Positions 55,070 to 63,881 of a stretch of DNA of 64,000 nt are shown in pieces. Each line of letters opens with the position of its first letter. Within the stretch, counting starts at the first letter, position 1. This DNA is from Escherichia phage FL38. The notes under the pieces are model-generated. The model ran no database searches. It saw nothing but the letters and a program-made list of their open reading frames with translations, and was not told the origin of the DNA. The DNA is taken from sequence record PP400784, one strand, 5' to 3'. Position numbers and translations under genes: made by a program.

Positions 55070-55097
55070 CGAAAAAGCCGACCCTTTCGGATCGGCT
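55070..55097 (-). terminator. intrinsic terminator after nrdD
   Basis: Minus strand AGCCGATCCGAAAGGGTCGGCT then TTTTTC; same arm sequence as hairpins at 6623 and 16714. Confidence 0.55.
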
Positions 55098-55102
55098 GAA
55101 AA

Positions 55103-56965
55103 TTACATGTGCTTAACGCGGTTTACCATCTCGGAGTGTTTCCCGTGGTTAAATGGACGCAGATCAACAGATCCAAGATATCCACTAACGCGACGGATAA
55201 CATTCATCTTTTCCAGATTGTCATTGCCGCAATCAGGGCAAACAAAACCAGACTCGGTCGCTCTCATTTCCTTATTAGATCCGCATACATGACATACATC
55301 AGAAGGAGTATTAACACCGAAGTAGTGCAATTTATCCATTGCATAGTCTACTACAGTTTCAAGACCTTTCAGGTTGTTTTTCATGTCTGGGAACTCAACA
55401 TAAGAGATCATGCCACCGGACGCCAGCCAGTGATAATCTTTCTCAAAGTCGATTTTCTCAAATGGTGTGACTTTCCGGTCTACGTCAAGGTGGAATGAGT
55501 TGGTGTACCAGTCTTTATCGGTAGCACCCTTAACAATACCAAATTTCTCTCTGTCCAGTCGATTAAATCGATAGCAAAGACTCTCGGCTGGCGTACCGTA
55601 AAGACTAAACCCAAGTCCGGTTTCGTCCTTCCATTTTTCAGTATAATGACGCAAGATCTTAAGAATATGTTTACCGTATCGCTGCGCATCTTCCGAATCA
55701 AACGGATGAACACCAAACAGGACGCTCAATACCTCATGTAAACCAATATATCCAAGAGAGATACTAGCGCGACCATCTTTCAGCACTTCCAAAATTTCAT
55801 CGTTTTGATGAATACGGAAAAATGCACCTTCGGTATACAGTACAGGAGCAACATTGGCTTTAGCCCCTTTTAAAGCGTCTACGCGACTCATAAGCGCATC
55901 AAAACAAATAGGCAGACGATTCGCTAGCTCTTGTTCGAATAGCTCAATTCTGCGCATTACAGACGCTTTACCAGCACGACGCGCGGCAATAAGGGCAATA
56001 CGCGGAAGATTCAGAGTCACAACACCTAAGTTATTACGTCCGTCTAATACTTCTTCGCCTTTCTCATTATGCCACACACCCAGGAAGCTACGACAACCCA
56101 TCGGGCTAACCGGAACACTAGATCCAGTGATGCTACGGTTATTCTTCGCAGAGATATAATCAGGGTAAAGACGCTTACTCGAACATTCCAATGCAAGTTG
56201 CTTAATGTCGTAGTTCGGATCTTCCGGTTTAAGGTTTAATCCTTCTTCTAAGAACATCACCAGCTTAGGAAACACCGGAGTTATACCGTCTTTACCTAAA
56301 CCTTTAGTTCGAACTTTCAGGATCGCTTTCTGAATCAGTTTTTCTTCCCAGCTAGTACCCATACCAAAGGTTAAAGTCACAAAAGGCGTTTGACCGTTGG
56401 TGGAGAACAAAGTGTTGATTTCATATTCCAACGCTTGATACCCGTCTAAAGTTTCTTTTTCTGTCTTCTCTTGTGCATAGAGAGTATCAGCTTTGATTCC
56501 GTAGGTTTCGGCATCAGCAAGGTGTTTATGATATGTTTTCTCAACGTATGGCGCTAAAACCTGATCGATGTTTGCAATTGTGGTCCCGCCATATTGATGA
56601 CTTGCCACCTGTGCGATAATTTGAGCGGTTACAGCACAAGCAACGCCGATTGATTTCGGACTTTCGATTTGTGCGCTACCCAATTTAAAACCATTCTCTA
56701 ACATGTCTTTGAGATTAACAAGACAGCAGTTAGTAAACGGCATAGCTGGTGCATAATCCATATCATGATAATGAATATCACCGTCTACATGCGCTTTATA
56801 GATGTGCTCAGGTAACACGGTTTTAGCAATCTGTTTAGACACAGCGCCAGCAATCAGATCTCGACGTGTCGGGAATGTTCGCGCGTCTTTGTTCGCGTTC
56901 TCTTTGCTTACTTCGTTTTCTTTACCCGTTGCGATCTCTGTAATGTCTTTGATTAGTTTTTCCAT
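55103..56965 (-). CDS. nrdD: anaerobic ribonucleoside-triphosphate reductase (glycyl radical enzyme)
   Basis: 620 aa; C-terminal zinc ribbon CHVCG...CPDCGN and glycyl-radical motif RVSGYLG. Confidence 0.95.
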   Translation of the reverse strand: MEKLIKDITEIATGKENEVSKENANKDARTFPTRRDLIAGAVSKQIAKTVLPEHIYKAHVDGDIHYHDMDYAPAMPFTNCCLVNLKDMLENGFKLGSAQIESPKSIGVACAVTAQIIAQVASHQYGGTTIANIDQVLAPYVEKTYHKHLADAETYGIKADTLYAQEKTEKETLDGYQALEYEINTLFSTNGQTPFVTLTFGMGTSWEEKLIQKAILKVRTKGLGKDGITPVFPKLVMFLEEGLNLKPEDPNYDIKQLALECSSKRLYPDYISAKNNRSITGSSVPVSPMGCRSFLGVWHNEKGEEVLDGRNNLGVVTLNLPRIALIAARRAGKASVMRRIELFEQELANRLPICFDALMSRVDALKGAKANVAPVLYTEGAFFRIHQNDEILEVLKDGRASISLGYIGLHEVLSVLFGVHPFDSEDAQRYGKHILKILRHYTEKWKDETGLGFSLYGTPAESLCYRFNRLDREKFGIVKGATDKDWYTNSFHLDVDRKVTPFEKIDFEKDYHWLASGGMISYVEFPDMKNNLKGLETVVDYAMDKLHYFGVNTPSDVCHVCGSNKEMRATESGFVCPDCGNDNLEKMNVIRRVSGYLGSVDLRPFNHGKHSEMVNRVKHM

Positions 56966-56976
56966 TGTATCACCTA

Positions 56977-57000
56977 TGAAAAAGCGGGATTTCTCCCGCT
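56977..57000 (-). other. stem-loop AGCGGGA-GAAA-TCCCGCT plus U-tract immediately upstream of nrdD
   Basis: Terminator-like hairpin 12 nt before the nrdD ATG; possible attenuator or processing site. Confidence 0.45.
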
Positions 57001-57009
57001 CGTTGATAG

Positions 57010-57504
57010 TTATTTTACCAGTTCTGCTAATTCTTTTTCTTTAGCTTCTAGTTCAGCTTTAAGCTGTTTAATCTCTTGTCGCTTCTTATTAGCGGCTTCT
57101 TGCTTACTATTTCGGATAACCTGATCTAGATACAACTCCCAATCCTGAATATTTTTGATAATGTAACCGTCAACATTAATTGGTCGGAGATTCAGTACAG
57201 CTTCCAGTTTAGTCGCAAAAACTTTAATTGCTGGTGTGAAGTATTCATATTCGTTATCTTCAAACCAATAACCTAGACTTGCATTATCAATACGAAGACG
57301 AAGTTCAAGATCAAGGTCTTTATCTTCGGTGTAAAGATCTTTCACCTGACCCAGCGAACTAACAACAACTTTAAAACGAATTTTATCTACACCACCAAAC
57401 ACATCAGTAAGGATACCAGCAATTGAGCTATTAGCGCAAGATTGGTCGCTGAATGCGTCAAGGTTTTCTTTAGTTACAGTATACCAAACATCTTGTACCC
57501 ACAT
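57010..57504 (-). CDS. hypothetical protein, possibly divergent member of the repeat-domain family (coiled-coil C-terminus)
   Basis: YWFEDNEYEYF and KQLKAELEAKEKELAEL tail; weak similarity only. Confidence 0.45.
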   Translation of the reverse strand: MWVQDVWYTVTKENLDAFSDQSCANSSIAGILTDVFGGVDKIRFKVVVSSLGQVKDLYTEDKDLDLELRLRIDNASLGYWFEDNEYEYFTPAIKVFATKLEAVLNLRPINVDGYIIKNIQDWELYLDQVIRNSKQEAANKKRQEIKQLKAELEAKEKELAELVK

Positions 57505-57528
57505 AATATAATCCTCTCGTTGTTAAGT

Positions 57529-57563
57529 GGGAGTATTATAGCATACTCCCTTCGCATGTCAAG
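57529..57563 (-). promoter_or_regulatory. early promoter with inverted repeat (type II): TTGACA-16 nt-TATAAT within GGGAGTAT/ATACTCCC
   Basis: The -10 TATAAT sits in the loop of an 8-bp inverted repeat. Confidence 0.55.
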
Positions 57564-58737
57564 CACTAACTTTTTTCTTTACTGCTTTCACCTTCTGGCG
57601 AATTGCTCGAATCTCTTCGATCTCTTTTTCAGTCTCTTTAACAATTTCTTTGCGATTCTGAATATCTGTATCTAGATTATCATCAAGTTTAGGCAGCATG
57701 TCAATCAAGAACTTTTTAAAGTCTTTCAGGTTTCGGATAACAGCACCTTCACCCATTACCGCCACGCCTACACCATCCGGCAGATCACCAAACAGCTTAA
57801 CCAGTTCAGACAGATGATCATGATCTTCTAGTGCTTCTTCCGGTTCAGATGGCAGTTCAACAAAGTTATAACGTTCATCATTGCTGATCAGGTGATACCA
57901 GCAAAGCCCAAAAGATTTAGGAGTATATTCTACACCACCAACTTCAACTGCGTCAACACTTCCGAAAGAATCTACTTTAGTTACCTTAAATCCATGTTCC
58001 AGCGTTTTAATAATTTCAATAACATGACTGGATACGGTTTCAGTATTAAACCAATGAGGCAAATTATGTGGATTTGGCTTGTATCGTTCGCCTACTTTAA
58101 ATCTCTGACCACGCTCTTGCATACGGACATATTCAACTCGCGTGATTTCCGCGAAGTATTCAAATTCGCTACCGTCAAACAAGCAATTCCATTGATCACA
58201 AAAACGGTCCGCCTTGACGGTTTCACCTTTCGCGGTGATCATGGTAGCTGATCCGTGCAATTCTTCTTCAACTAAAAAGCCATATTCGACAAAATCAACA
58301 AGTTTCATGGCTTCTTTGTGCTCTGGGTCATGCTCTCCCCAGAATCGCTTAAATTCTTGCAAACCTTCTGGGGTAAACGAATAACATTTACCTTTTTCAA
58401 AGTAAGTCGGCATTGCATCCTCTTTCTTGTTCATCGCTTCGTATGCCTCTTTTGAGATACGTTTAAAGTATTTGCGCTCATTGTGCATAATCATAGTAGA
58501 CCAATAATAAACGATATCCTCAGCGGAATAAACTACATCTCCAGCTTCAATAGTAATAACATGACCGTGGTCATCTTTTTCTAATACTTTAAAGCCCTTT
58601 TCTACGATTTCAGCAACCCGAATATGACCACGGCGCGAAGCATCGGTCAGAATAATTGAATAGCGAGAAAAGTCTAGAAACTCATCTTTACCGCCTTCAC
58701 GGAATGCATAGTAATGACCTTCAAAGAATTTAGCCAT
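57559..58737 (-). CDS. repeat-domain family protein (3 tandem domains + helical tail)
   Basis: Three units each with F.xG.YY...GFKV...ERKYF/ERYNF, then tail with NLKDFKKFLIDMLP. Confidence 0.6.
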   Translation of the reverse strand: MAKFFEGHYYAFREGGKDEFLDFSRYSIILTDASRRGHIRVAEIVEKGFKVLEKDDHGHVITIEAGDVVYSAEDIVYYWSTMIMHNERKYFKRISKEAYEAMNKKEDAMPTYFEKGKCYSFTPEGLQEFKRFWGEHDPEHKEAMKLVDFVEYGFLVEEELHGSATMITAKGETVKADRFCDQWNCLFDGSEFEYFAEITRVEYVRMQERGQRFKVGERYKPNPHNLPHWFNTETVSSHVIEIIKTLEHGFKVTKVDSFGSVDAVEVGGVEYTPKSFGLCWYHLISNDERYNFVELPSEPEEALEDHDHLSELVKLFGDLPDGVGVAVMGEGAVIRNLKDFKKFLIDMLPKLDDNLDTDIQNRKEIVKETEKEIEEIRAIRQKVKAVKKKVSA

Positions 58738-58762
58738 AATATAATCCTCTCGTTGTTTAGAT

Positions 58763-58797
58763 GGGAGTATCTTACTACTCCCGTTTCATCATGTCAA
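58763..58797 (-). promoter_or_regulatory. early promoter with inverted repeat (type II): TTGACA-17 nt-TAAGAT within GGGAGTA/TACTCCC
   Basis: Palindrome identical to the one at 15139. Confidence 0.55.
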
Positions 58798-59378
58798 GCG
58801 TTAAATGACTTTTGGATCTCTTTCAGTTCAGCTACTTTATCTGCGCTGAATTTAGCGTAGGTATCATGTCGAATAATTTCACTTTCAAGAAAGGTTTCCA
58901 GTCGAGATCTATTTTCAATAAGGAACTCTTTCAGGTCTTCCGCGTTCTTGACAAAGATTTTATTGTCGGTAATGTCATCTTCAATCGCAAAGGAGATAGA
59001 GCGAACTTTACCAAACAAGTTAATCAGATCTTCCAGAGATTCTTCTTTCTTAACTGGTTTCATTTCTTCAAACTGCTTTTTAGTGATGCGTTTAAAGTAT
59101 TTGCGCTCGCTTGCATCAATCATGATTGACGCACCCTCATAATCATGAGTTTCTACCAAATACACTTTACCCATAACATTAACCGTAAGAACTTTAAAGC
59201 CCCTGTGAAGCACACCATACAGGAACTTGTTATGTTGTGGGTAGCGTTTAACAAATTCCTCTGCGGACTCAGCATTACGGAAAGTGTAATAACGACCTCG
59301 TTCAAAAACAGCATCATTTGAAGACTTAGCCGGATACAATTTATACGTTTTCTGTACCATAATATAATCCTCTATCAT
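58794..59378 (-). CDS. repeat-domain family protein (1 domain + helical tail)
   Basis: FERGRYYTF...GFKVL...ERKYFKRI, tail with AEDLKEFLIEN. Confidence 0.6.
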   Translation of the reverse strand: MIEDYIMVQKTYKLYPAKSSNDAVFERGRYYTFRNAESAEEFVKRYPQHNKFLYGVLHRGFKVLTVNVMGKVYLVETHDYEGASIMIDASERKYFKRITKKQFEEMKPVKKEESLEDLINLFGKVRSISFAIEDDITDNKIFVKNAEDLKEFLIENRSRLETFLESEIIRHDTYAKFSADKVAELKEIQKSFNA

Positions 59379-59707
59379 TTCACTAATTGAACAGCACGGA
59401 ACAGAATGCGCTCACACGGAAGCAGCATAAATTCCCAACGCGGATCAAAGTCTTTAGCGGTGTATGTTTTCCCATCAACCGAGATTTCACTTACATAACC
59501 AACAGGTGACACTTTAAGAACAGTAAACCCATTCTTGATGACTTCGTAGGTATATTTCACCCCTTCGTATTCATCATCTAAGAAGTCTTTATGTGCTTGC
59601 TCAGATTTAAAAACATAGGCAACACCGGATTTAAACATCTTACGCATTGTTGATTCTCCTTCTTGATTAGATGGGAGTATTTTACTACTCCCATTTCTTA
59701 TTGTCAA
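59375..59707 (-). CDS. repeat-domain family protein (single domain, no tail)
   Basis: MFKSGVAYVF...GFTVLKV...ERILFRAV. Confidence 0.55.
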   Translation of the reverse strand: MTIRNGSSKILPSNQEGESTMRKMFKSGVAYVFKSEQAHKDFLDDEYEGVKYTYEVIKNGFTVLKVSPVGYVSEISVDGKTYTAKDFDPRWEFMLLPCERILFRAVQLVK

Positions 59708-59708
59708 C
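59673..59708 (-). promoter_or_regulatory. early promoter with inverted repeat (type II): GTTGACA-17 nt-TAAAAT within GGGAGTA/TACTCCC
   Basis: Between gene 49 and the family gene 59375..59707. Confidence 0.55.
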
Positions 59709-59710
59709 TA

Positions 59711-60199
59711 CTATCTTAATCTTTGTATGAATTGTTTCTTATACTTCTTCGTGATTTCTTCTCGTGTATCAGCGTCGCAGTAATCGAAACCTTCTGCGTC
59801 CATAATATCAACCATCTCCGCGCGTGTCAAGCGTGAAAATCGTTTTACTTTATCAACAGCATATTGAGGATGTAAATGATTGTTGGTGTAGTCTCCTTTG
59901 ATGTAATTAACATAGTTTGTAGCCCAAACAACGAAATCAGCACCTAAAGCACCAACACCAAACCGTTTAAAGTCTCCGGTCAACGATCCTTCTAGGCGGT
60001 TGCAACACGAATGAAGCAATCCCCTTACGCGGCCTTGCCCTTTCCCATCTAGATCGTGGTCGTGGTCAAGATGGTTTTTGCTCATATCCTCAAAAAGTGG
60101 CAATTGACAAAGGGGGCAAATGCCCCCCTGTTTTTCGAATAGTTCTTGTTTGTACTCTTTAGCACTCTTAGCAGTCAGTAACATAAATTCACCCTCCAA
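59711..60199 (-). CDS. 49: endonuclease VII (Holliday junction resolvase)
   Basis: 162 aa; C.LCQ zinc site, HLDHDH...G..RGLL..CN..EG and YIK.DYT.N..HP match T4 gp49. Confidence 0.88.
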   Translation of the reverse strand: MEGEFMLLTAKSAKEYKQELFEKQGGICPLCQLPLFEDMSKNHLDHDHDLDGKGQGRVRGLLHSCCNRLEGSLTGDFKRFGVGALGADFVVWATNYVNYIKGDYTNNHLHPQYAVDKVKRFSRLTRAEMVDIMDAEGFDYCDADTREEITKKYKKQFIQRLR

Positions 60200-60208
60200 A
60201 GAAGGTAT

Positions 60209-60502
60209 TTAACCATTAATCTTGTTTTTGACTACAAAGGATCGGAACTCATCAAAGCCACCGATATAATCACCATCATAGAAAATCTGCGGCATGGTGG
60301 CAATAACTTCTACCCCTGCGCGATCCTGAATATCGGCAATGATAGAATCAATCTTTACCGGACGACCGTTTTCGTCCACACCATCATTAACCGGAATGTA
60401 GATGTAAGGGATCTTACGCGATTCACAAAGGCGCTTTGCATTCTGGCAATACTTACAGTTGTAACCTTCAAAACCAAAAATTTCTACCATGTTATACCTC
60501 AA
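60209..60502 (-). CDS. nrdC: thioredoxin/glutaredoxin
   Basis: 97 aa; C.YCQNAKRL and TMPQIF.DG..IGGFD match T4 NrdC. Confidence 0.8.
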   Translation of the reverse strand: MRYNMVEIFGFEGYNCKYCQNAKRLCESRKIPYIYIPVNDGVDENGRPVKIDSIIADIQDRAGVEVIATMPQIFYDGDYIGGFDEFRSFVVKNKING

Positions 60503-61311
60503 TCTACGTTAGTTACATAAACTTCTTGTGTATCAGAAGACTTGCCACCTGAACGATCTAGGCAATAGGTCTTATTCAACAGGACGCAGTTTAAATCATT
60601 CCGCTTGATAAAGTCAAGAAGATGATCATTTACCTTTCCCTTATGATGTGTGACATTACTGATACCAAACTGAAAACCACGCGCCATAATAGATTCTACC
60701 CACTGATAGAATTTAATCTCTTCCTCGTCACTCCAGAACTTATTATATTCCGCAGAAGTGATAAGGTACGGCGGGTCCAAATAAACGAAATCACCCGGCA
60801 AGATCTCGATCTCGTCATAACGACCAGACGTAAAACTGATTCGACCGTCTTTGTTTTCTTCCTTAAAATTCAGGACACGCTCTACCGCGTTTTCGTTAAA
60901 AGTCCGGCGACCAAAATTAGCATTAAATTCGCCCTTCCGGTTATGACGGTTAATGTTGCTAAAACTATGCTGAATCAACACAAACAGCGATAGCGGATCT
61001 GGATTCTCGTTATACTTCTTGCGGAATGCCATATAAGAATCTTTATCATCACGAGACAAACCATTTTCGGCAATAATCCTCTTGATCATAAAAACCGGAT
61101 CAGGACACTCATCAATGGCCTTGTAAGCGTCAATTAAGCGGTGATCATAGTCATTAGCCAGCACATCCCCTTCGACGTACAGAGACACGCTCAAGCCACC
61201 ACAAAAGGCATCGACAAAGCGGTTATAGTGCTTAGGGAAATACTTACTAACACCAGGCAATAACTTTTCCTTATTGCCCGTATAGGGAATTAAACCTAAT
61301 GCTTTCTTCAT
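60499..61311 (-). CDS. dam: DNA adenine methyltransferase (N6-A, GATC-type Dam)
   Basis: 270 aa; FVDAFCGGLSVSL and DFVYLDPPYLIT...YNKFWS match T4 Dam. Confidence 0.88.
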   Translation of the reverse strand: MKKALGLIPYTGNKEKLLPGVSKYFPKHYNRFVDAFCGGLSVSLYVEGDVLANDYDHRLIDAYKAIDECPDPVFMIKRIIAENGLSRDDKDSYMAFRKKYNENPDPLSLFVLIQHSFSNINRHNRKGEFNANFGRRTFNENAVERVLNFKEENKDGRISFTSGRYDEIEILPGDFVYLDPPYLITSAEYNKFWSDEEEIKFYQWVESIMARGFQFGISNVTHHKGKVNDHLLDFIKRNDLNCVLLNKTYCLDRSGGKSSDTQEVYVTNVD

Positions 61312-61745
61312 TATCCCTTCCTCAAATAAGTTCTTTCAATTTCTACCAGTTCGAAAAATTCTTCCCAATCACACGGAAAATTGCAGTTTCCAAAATGGTC
61401 TTCATTGTAAAGTTCTTTACCGGATGGCAACTTAATATCTGTTACAGTATACCAACCGCAACAATCGCAATCACCCTCAGCAACAGAAACTTTCGTAGGA
61501 ATTTGCATCATTGCAAGATACAAAGGCACGTCGGACTGTTCAAAGATCATGTAACCTTCATGGTCAAACGAAACAAAATTATCATCACCCAAAAAAGGGA
61601 TATAGTGGTCATAGTCAGTAACAGGTTGACCGTGTAATTCCCATTCTACAATATTAATCTTACCGCTAAAAGTGATACCCATCATATCAACCATAAAATG
61701 GGTATCATCGATGTAAATCTTACTAGGAGTTGGATAAACCATCAT
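61311..61745 (-). CDS. hypothetical protein (144 aa)
   Basis: ORF. Confidence 0.5.
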   Translation of the reverse strand: MMVYPTPSKIYIDDTHFMVDMMGITFSGKINIVEWELHGQPVTDYDHYIPFLGDDNFVSFDHEGYMIFEQSDVPLYLAMMQIPTKVSVAEGDCDCCGWYTVTDIKLPSGKELYNEDHFGNCNFPCDWEEFFELVEIERTYLRKG

Positions 61746-61752
61746 ATAATCC

Positions 61753-62049
61753 TCATATCTCAGAGAATAGAATCTCTGTTAATCGTACTGACTGCTCTCT
61801 GAATGTTAGCGTATACTCGAAAGGAAAGTCAACACCTAATTTCATAAGAGAATAGCCTACCGCCTCTTTATGCTTGTCTGTTAGGGCAATCCTAACCAAT
61901 TCCCGTTGAATCTCTTTAGGCGGTGAATGGATAGTAACACGGGTATCGTGCAATGTCCAGTCACCATTACGAATCAAGATTAACGGTTTATCGTCATTGA
62001 AGATCACCGACCCCTTTCCGGTCGGTGAGTGTTTTATACTAATCATCAA
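61753..62049 (-). CDS. hypothetical protein (98 aa)
   Basis: ORF. Confidence 0.5.
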   Translation of the reverse strand: MMISIKHSPTGKGSVIFNDDKPLILIRNGDWTLHDTRVTIHSPPKEIQRELVRIALTDKHKEAVGYSLMKLGVDFPFEYTLTFREQSVRLTEILFSEI

Positions 62050-62260
62050 ACTCTAAGAAATATTCTGGAACGATATACCCGTTAAAGTCATTGCACTTAT
62101 AAAAGTGTGGTGCATTTAATGCTGGATGAGCATTAGTAAAGAGTTTACCCTCTAGAAACAGAATGTAATTAATAGGTCTAATACCTACAGAATCAGGGTC
62201 TAAACCTTTTTCTTTCAGTTCAGCCAGCGTTAAAACTCGTCCAGATCGTAACTTAGCCAT
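62039..62260 (-). CDS. hypothetical protein (73 aa)
   Basis: ORF. Confidence 0.45.
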   Translation of the reverse strand: MAKLRSGRVLTLAELKEKGLDPDSVGIRPINYILFLEGKLFTNAHPALNAPHFYKCNDFNGYIVPEYFLEFDD

Positions 62261-62546
62261 GATTTACCCCTAATTCATCAAGATTATGTCTCAGCATTTC
62301 AGAGTATTTTTCTACTTCCTTGATCTTAGTGTGGATCTCCACGATCTCATCTTCACTATCAGATAGTTTAATGGCAATAGCGAGCGTGCTTTTACCAGCT
62401 TTCATAGTCTCTTTCCGTTCAACCAATAGATCCGCGTGTTTCAATAGCAATTCTTCACGTCGAACATAAGCGACGGTCAAAGCCTCATCAGCGATTTCTA
62501 AAGCATTTTCAGCGACACCAACAACCATTTTACGAGTAGACAGCAT
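62253..62546 (-). CDS. hypothetical protein (97 aa)
   Basis: ORF. Confidence 0.5.
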   Translation of the reverse strand: MLSTRKMVVGVAENALEIADEALTVAYVRREELLLKHADLLVERKETMKAGKSTLAIAIKLSDSEDEIVEIHTKIKEVEKYSEMLRHNLDELGVNHG

Positions 62547-62560
62547 AAATTCACCTCACA

Positions 62561-62869
62561 TTATTTCACGTTAACGCCGTTATCAATCCAGCCGACGCTA
62601 TTTGGTTTAACAGTTTTACCATAGGATGCATACTTAATCAAGCATGGTTTAACATCATTATCAAATCTTCCTAAACGTACTCCCAAATCAGGAATATCCA
62701 TGTATGCGGCTTTATATCCCCATGTACCGTATTCAGAATCAATCTCAACCGGACGGCCTTTAAAAGCATACACTACACCGTGACGGTCAACGATAACATA
62801 GCGATAGCCAGCCGGAAGATACACAGTTTCGCCGTAAACTTTAACTGGAGTAGCAGAAGAGATAAACAT
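62561..62869 (-). CDS. hypothetical protein (102 aa)
   Basis: ORF. Confidence 0.5.
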   Translation of the reverse strand: MFISSATPVKVYGETVYLPAGYRYVIVDRHGVVYAFKGRPVEIDSEYGTWGYKAAYMDIPDLGVRLGRFDNDVKPCLIKYASYGKTVKPNSVGWIDNGVNVK

Positions 62870-62938
62870 AATATAATCCTCACATCGTTCATTTGATGCG
62901 GTTATTATATGATAACCGCATTTTCATGTCAACAGTTT

Positions 62939-63313
62939 TTAAAAATCTTCTTCCGGTTTATATCGACCGTCGTCTTCTTGTTTTGGAGTAAATCCTTTAT
63001 GCGTGCGCGGCTTCGCTTCCGGTTTACCCGCGATCGATAGTCCAAGCCATTTAAGAAGTTTGTATGAGTAAGCGATGATCACAACTACCCACGTTAAAGG
63101 CCATACAATAGAACAAATGGCATATGCTCCAGTATCGACCGCTTTGGTGTCCTTGTCGAATCTGGCGTATAAGCAAATTATAAGATAGGTGATCATTGCA
63201 CCAGTAGGCCAGATATAAAGCACATTAACAATATCTTGTGTTGTCAAATTGTCCTCCTTACATGTCTTGCAGTGCATAAAAGCATTTTTCTTCGTAGTCA
63301 TAGAAAATGTCAA
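62939..63313 (-). CDS. hypothetical membrane protein (start uncertain, 2 TM)
   Basis: Hydrophobic helices; the track N-terminus may be an over-extension. Confidence 0.4.
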   Translation of the reverse strand: MTFSMTTKKNAFMHCKTCKEDNLTTQDIVNVLYIWPTGAMITYLIICLYARFDKDTKAVDTGAYAICSIVWPLTWVVVIIAYSYKLLKWLGLSIAGKPEAKPRTHKGFTPKQEDDGRYKPEEDF

Positions 63314-63536
63314 AGTATGCTTTTTCTACATACTCGCCATTGATCCAAGCGGCAGTAACAATCAGAGTGGTCCAGGTAGATCCGCTCTCAACGGTAAAGG
63401 TTTTAATACCCAGCTTCGCTGCCAAGTCGAACGCAAACCGGACGCAACCACGACAGGAAGTGATGTTGGAAGTTTTGATTTTAAAGCCACCGCGAGTTTT
63501 AGAAATTTCTACTTTAGCGAAAGACAGGTTGCTCAT
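63258..63536 (-). CDS. hypothetical protein (92 aa; start trimmed to MSNLSFAK)
   Basis: SD AAGGAGAATCAAA before the internal ATG; the track start reads through the promoter. Confidence 0.45.
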   Translation of the reverse strand: MSNLSFAKVEISKTRGGFKIKTSNITSCRGCVRFAFDLAAKLGIKTFTVESGSTWTTLIVTAAWINGEYVEKAYFDIFYDYEEKCFYALQDM

Positions 63537-63578
63537 TTTGATTCTCCTTAAGAAAGTGTGTTTCGTTTTGATGTGTGT

Positions 63579-63608
63579 AGTATAGGGGATCACCGATCCC
63601 CTGTCAAC
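63579..63608 (-). promoter_or_regulatory. early promoter with palindromic spacer (type I): GTTGACA-GGGGATCGGTGATCCCC-TATACT
   Basis: Perfect 17-nt palindrome as spacer. Confidence 0.6.
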
Positions 63609-63623
63609 AACTTTTTTATGATT

Positions 63624-63881
63624 TTAGTGAATTAACTCTACACCAAAATGAGGCACAGAGAACGCCTTACAAAACACATATTCATCATGTTTAGGAATCG
63701 CCCCTAACCGCTCTATTTCGCTCGCTAACACTATAAACTGTTTATCTGGTGCATATGCCTTGCGTGCTTCAACAACGCACGGAAAACGCGTTTTAGAGAG
63801 TTCTGGATAGTTTTCCGAATCCAGCAGGACAATGAATACCCTGTTACATTGATTGTAGAATCCTGTTTTTGATTTCATCAA
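63624..63881 (-). CDS. hypothetical protein (85 aa)
   Basis: ORF. Confidence 0.5.
   Translation of the reverse strand: MMKSKTGFYNQCNRVFIVLLDSENYPELSKTRFPCVVEARKAYAPDKQFIVLASEIERLGAIPKHDEYVFCKAFSVPHFGVELIH

Noticed and set aside
15139-63608. CRISPR array interpretation of the recurring GC-rich palindromes
   Set aside because: The palindromes are not regularly spaced direct repeats with unique spacers; each is embedded in a promoter-like context between genes, and no cas genes are present.
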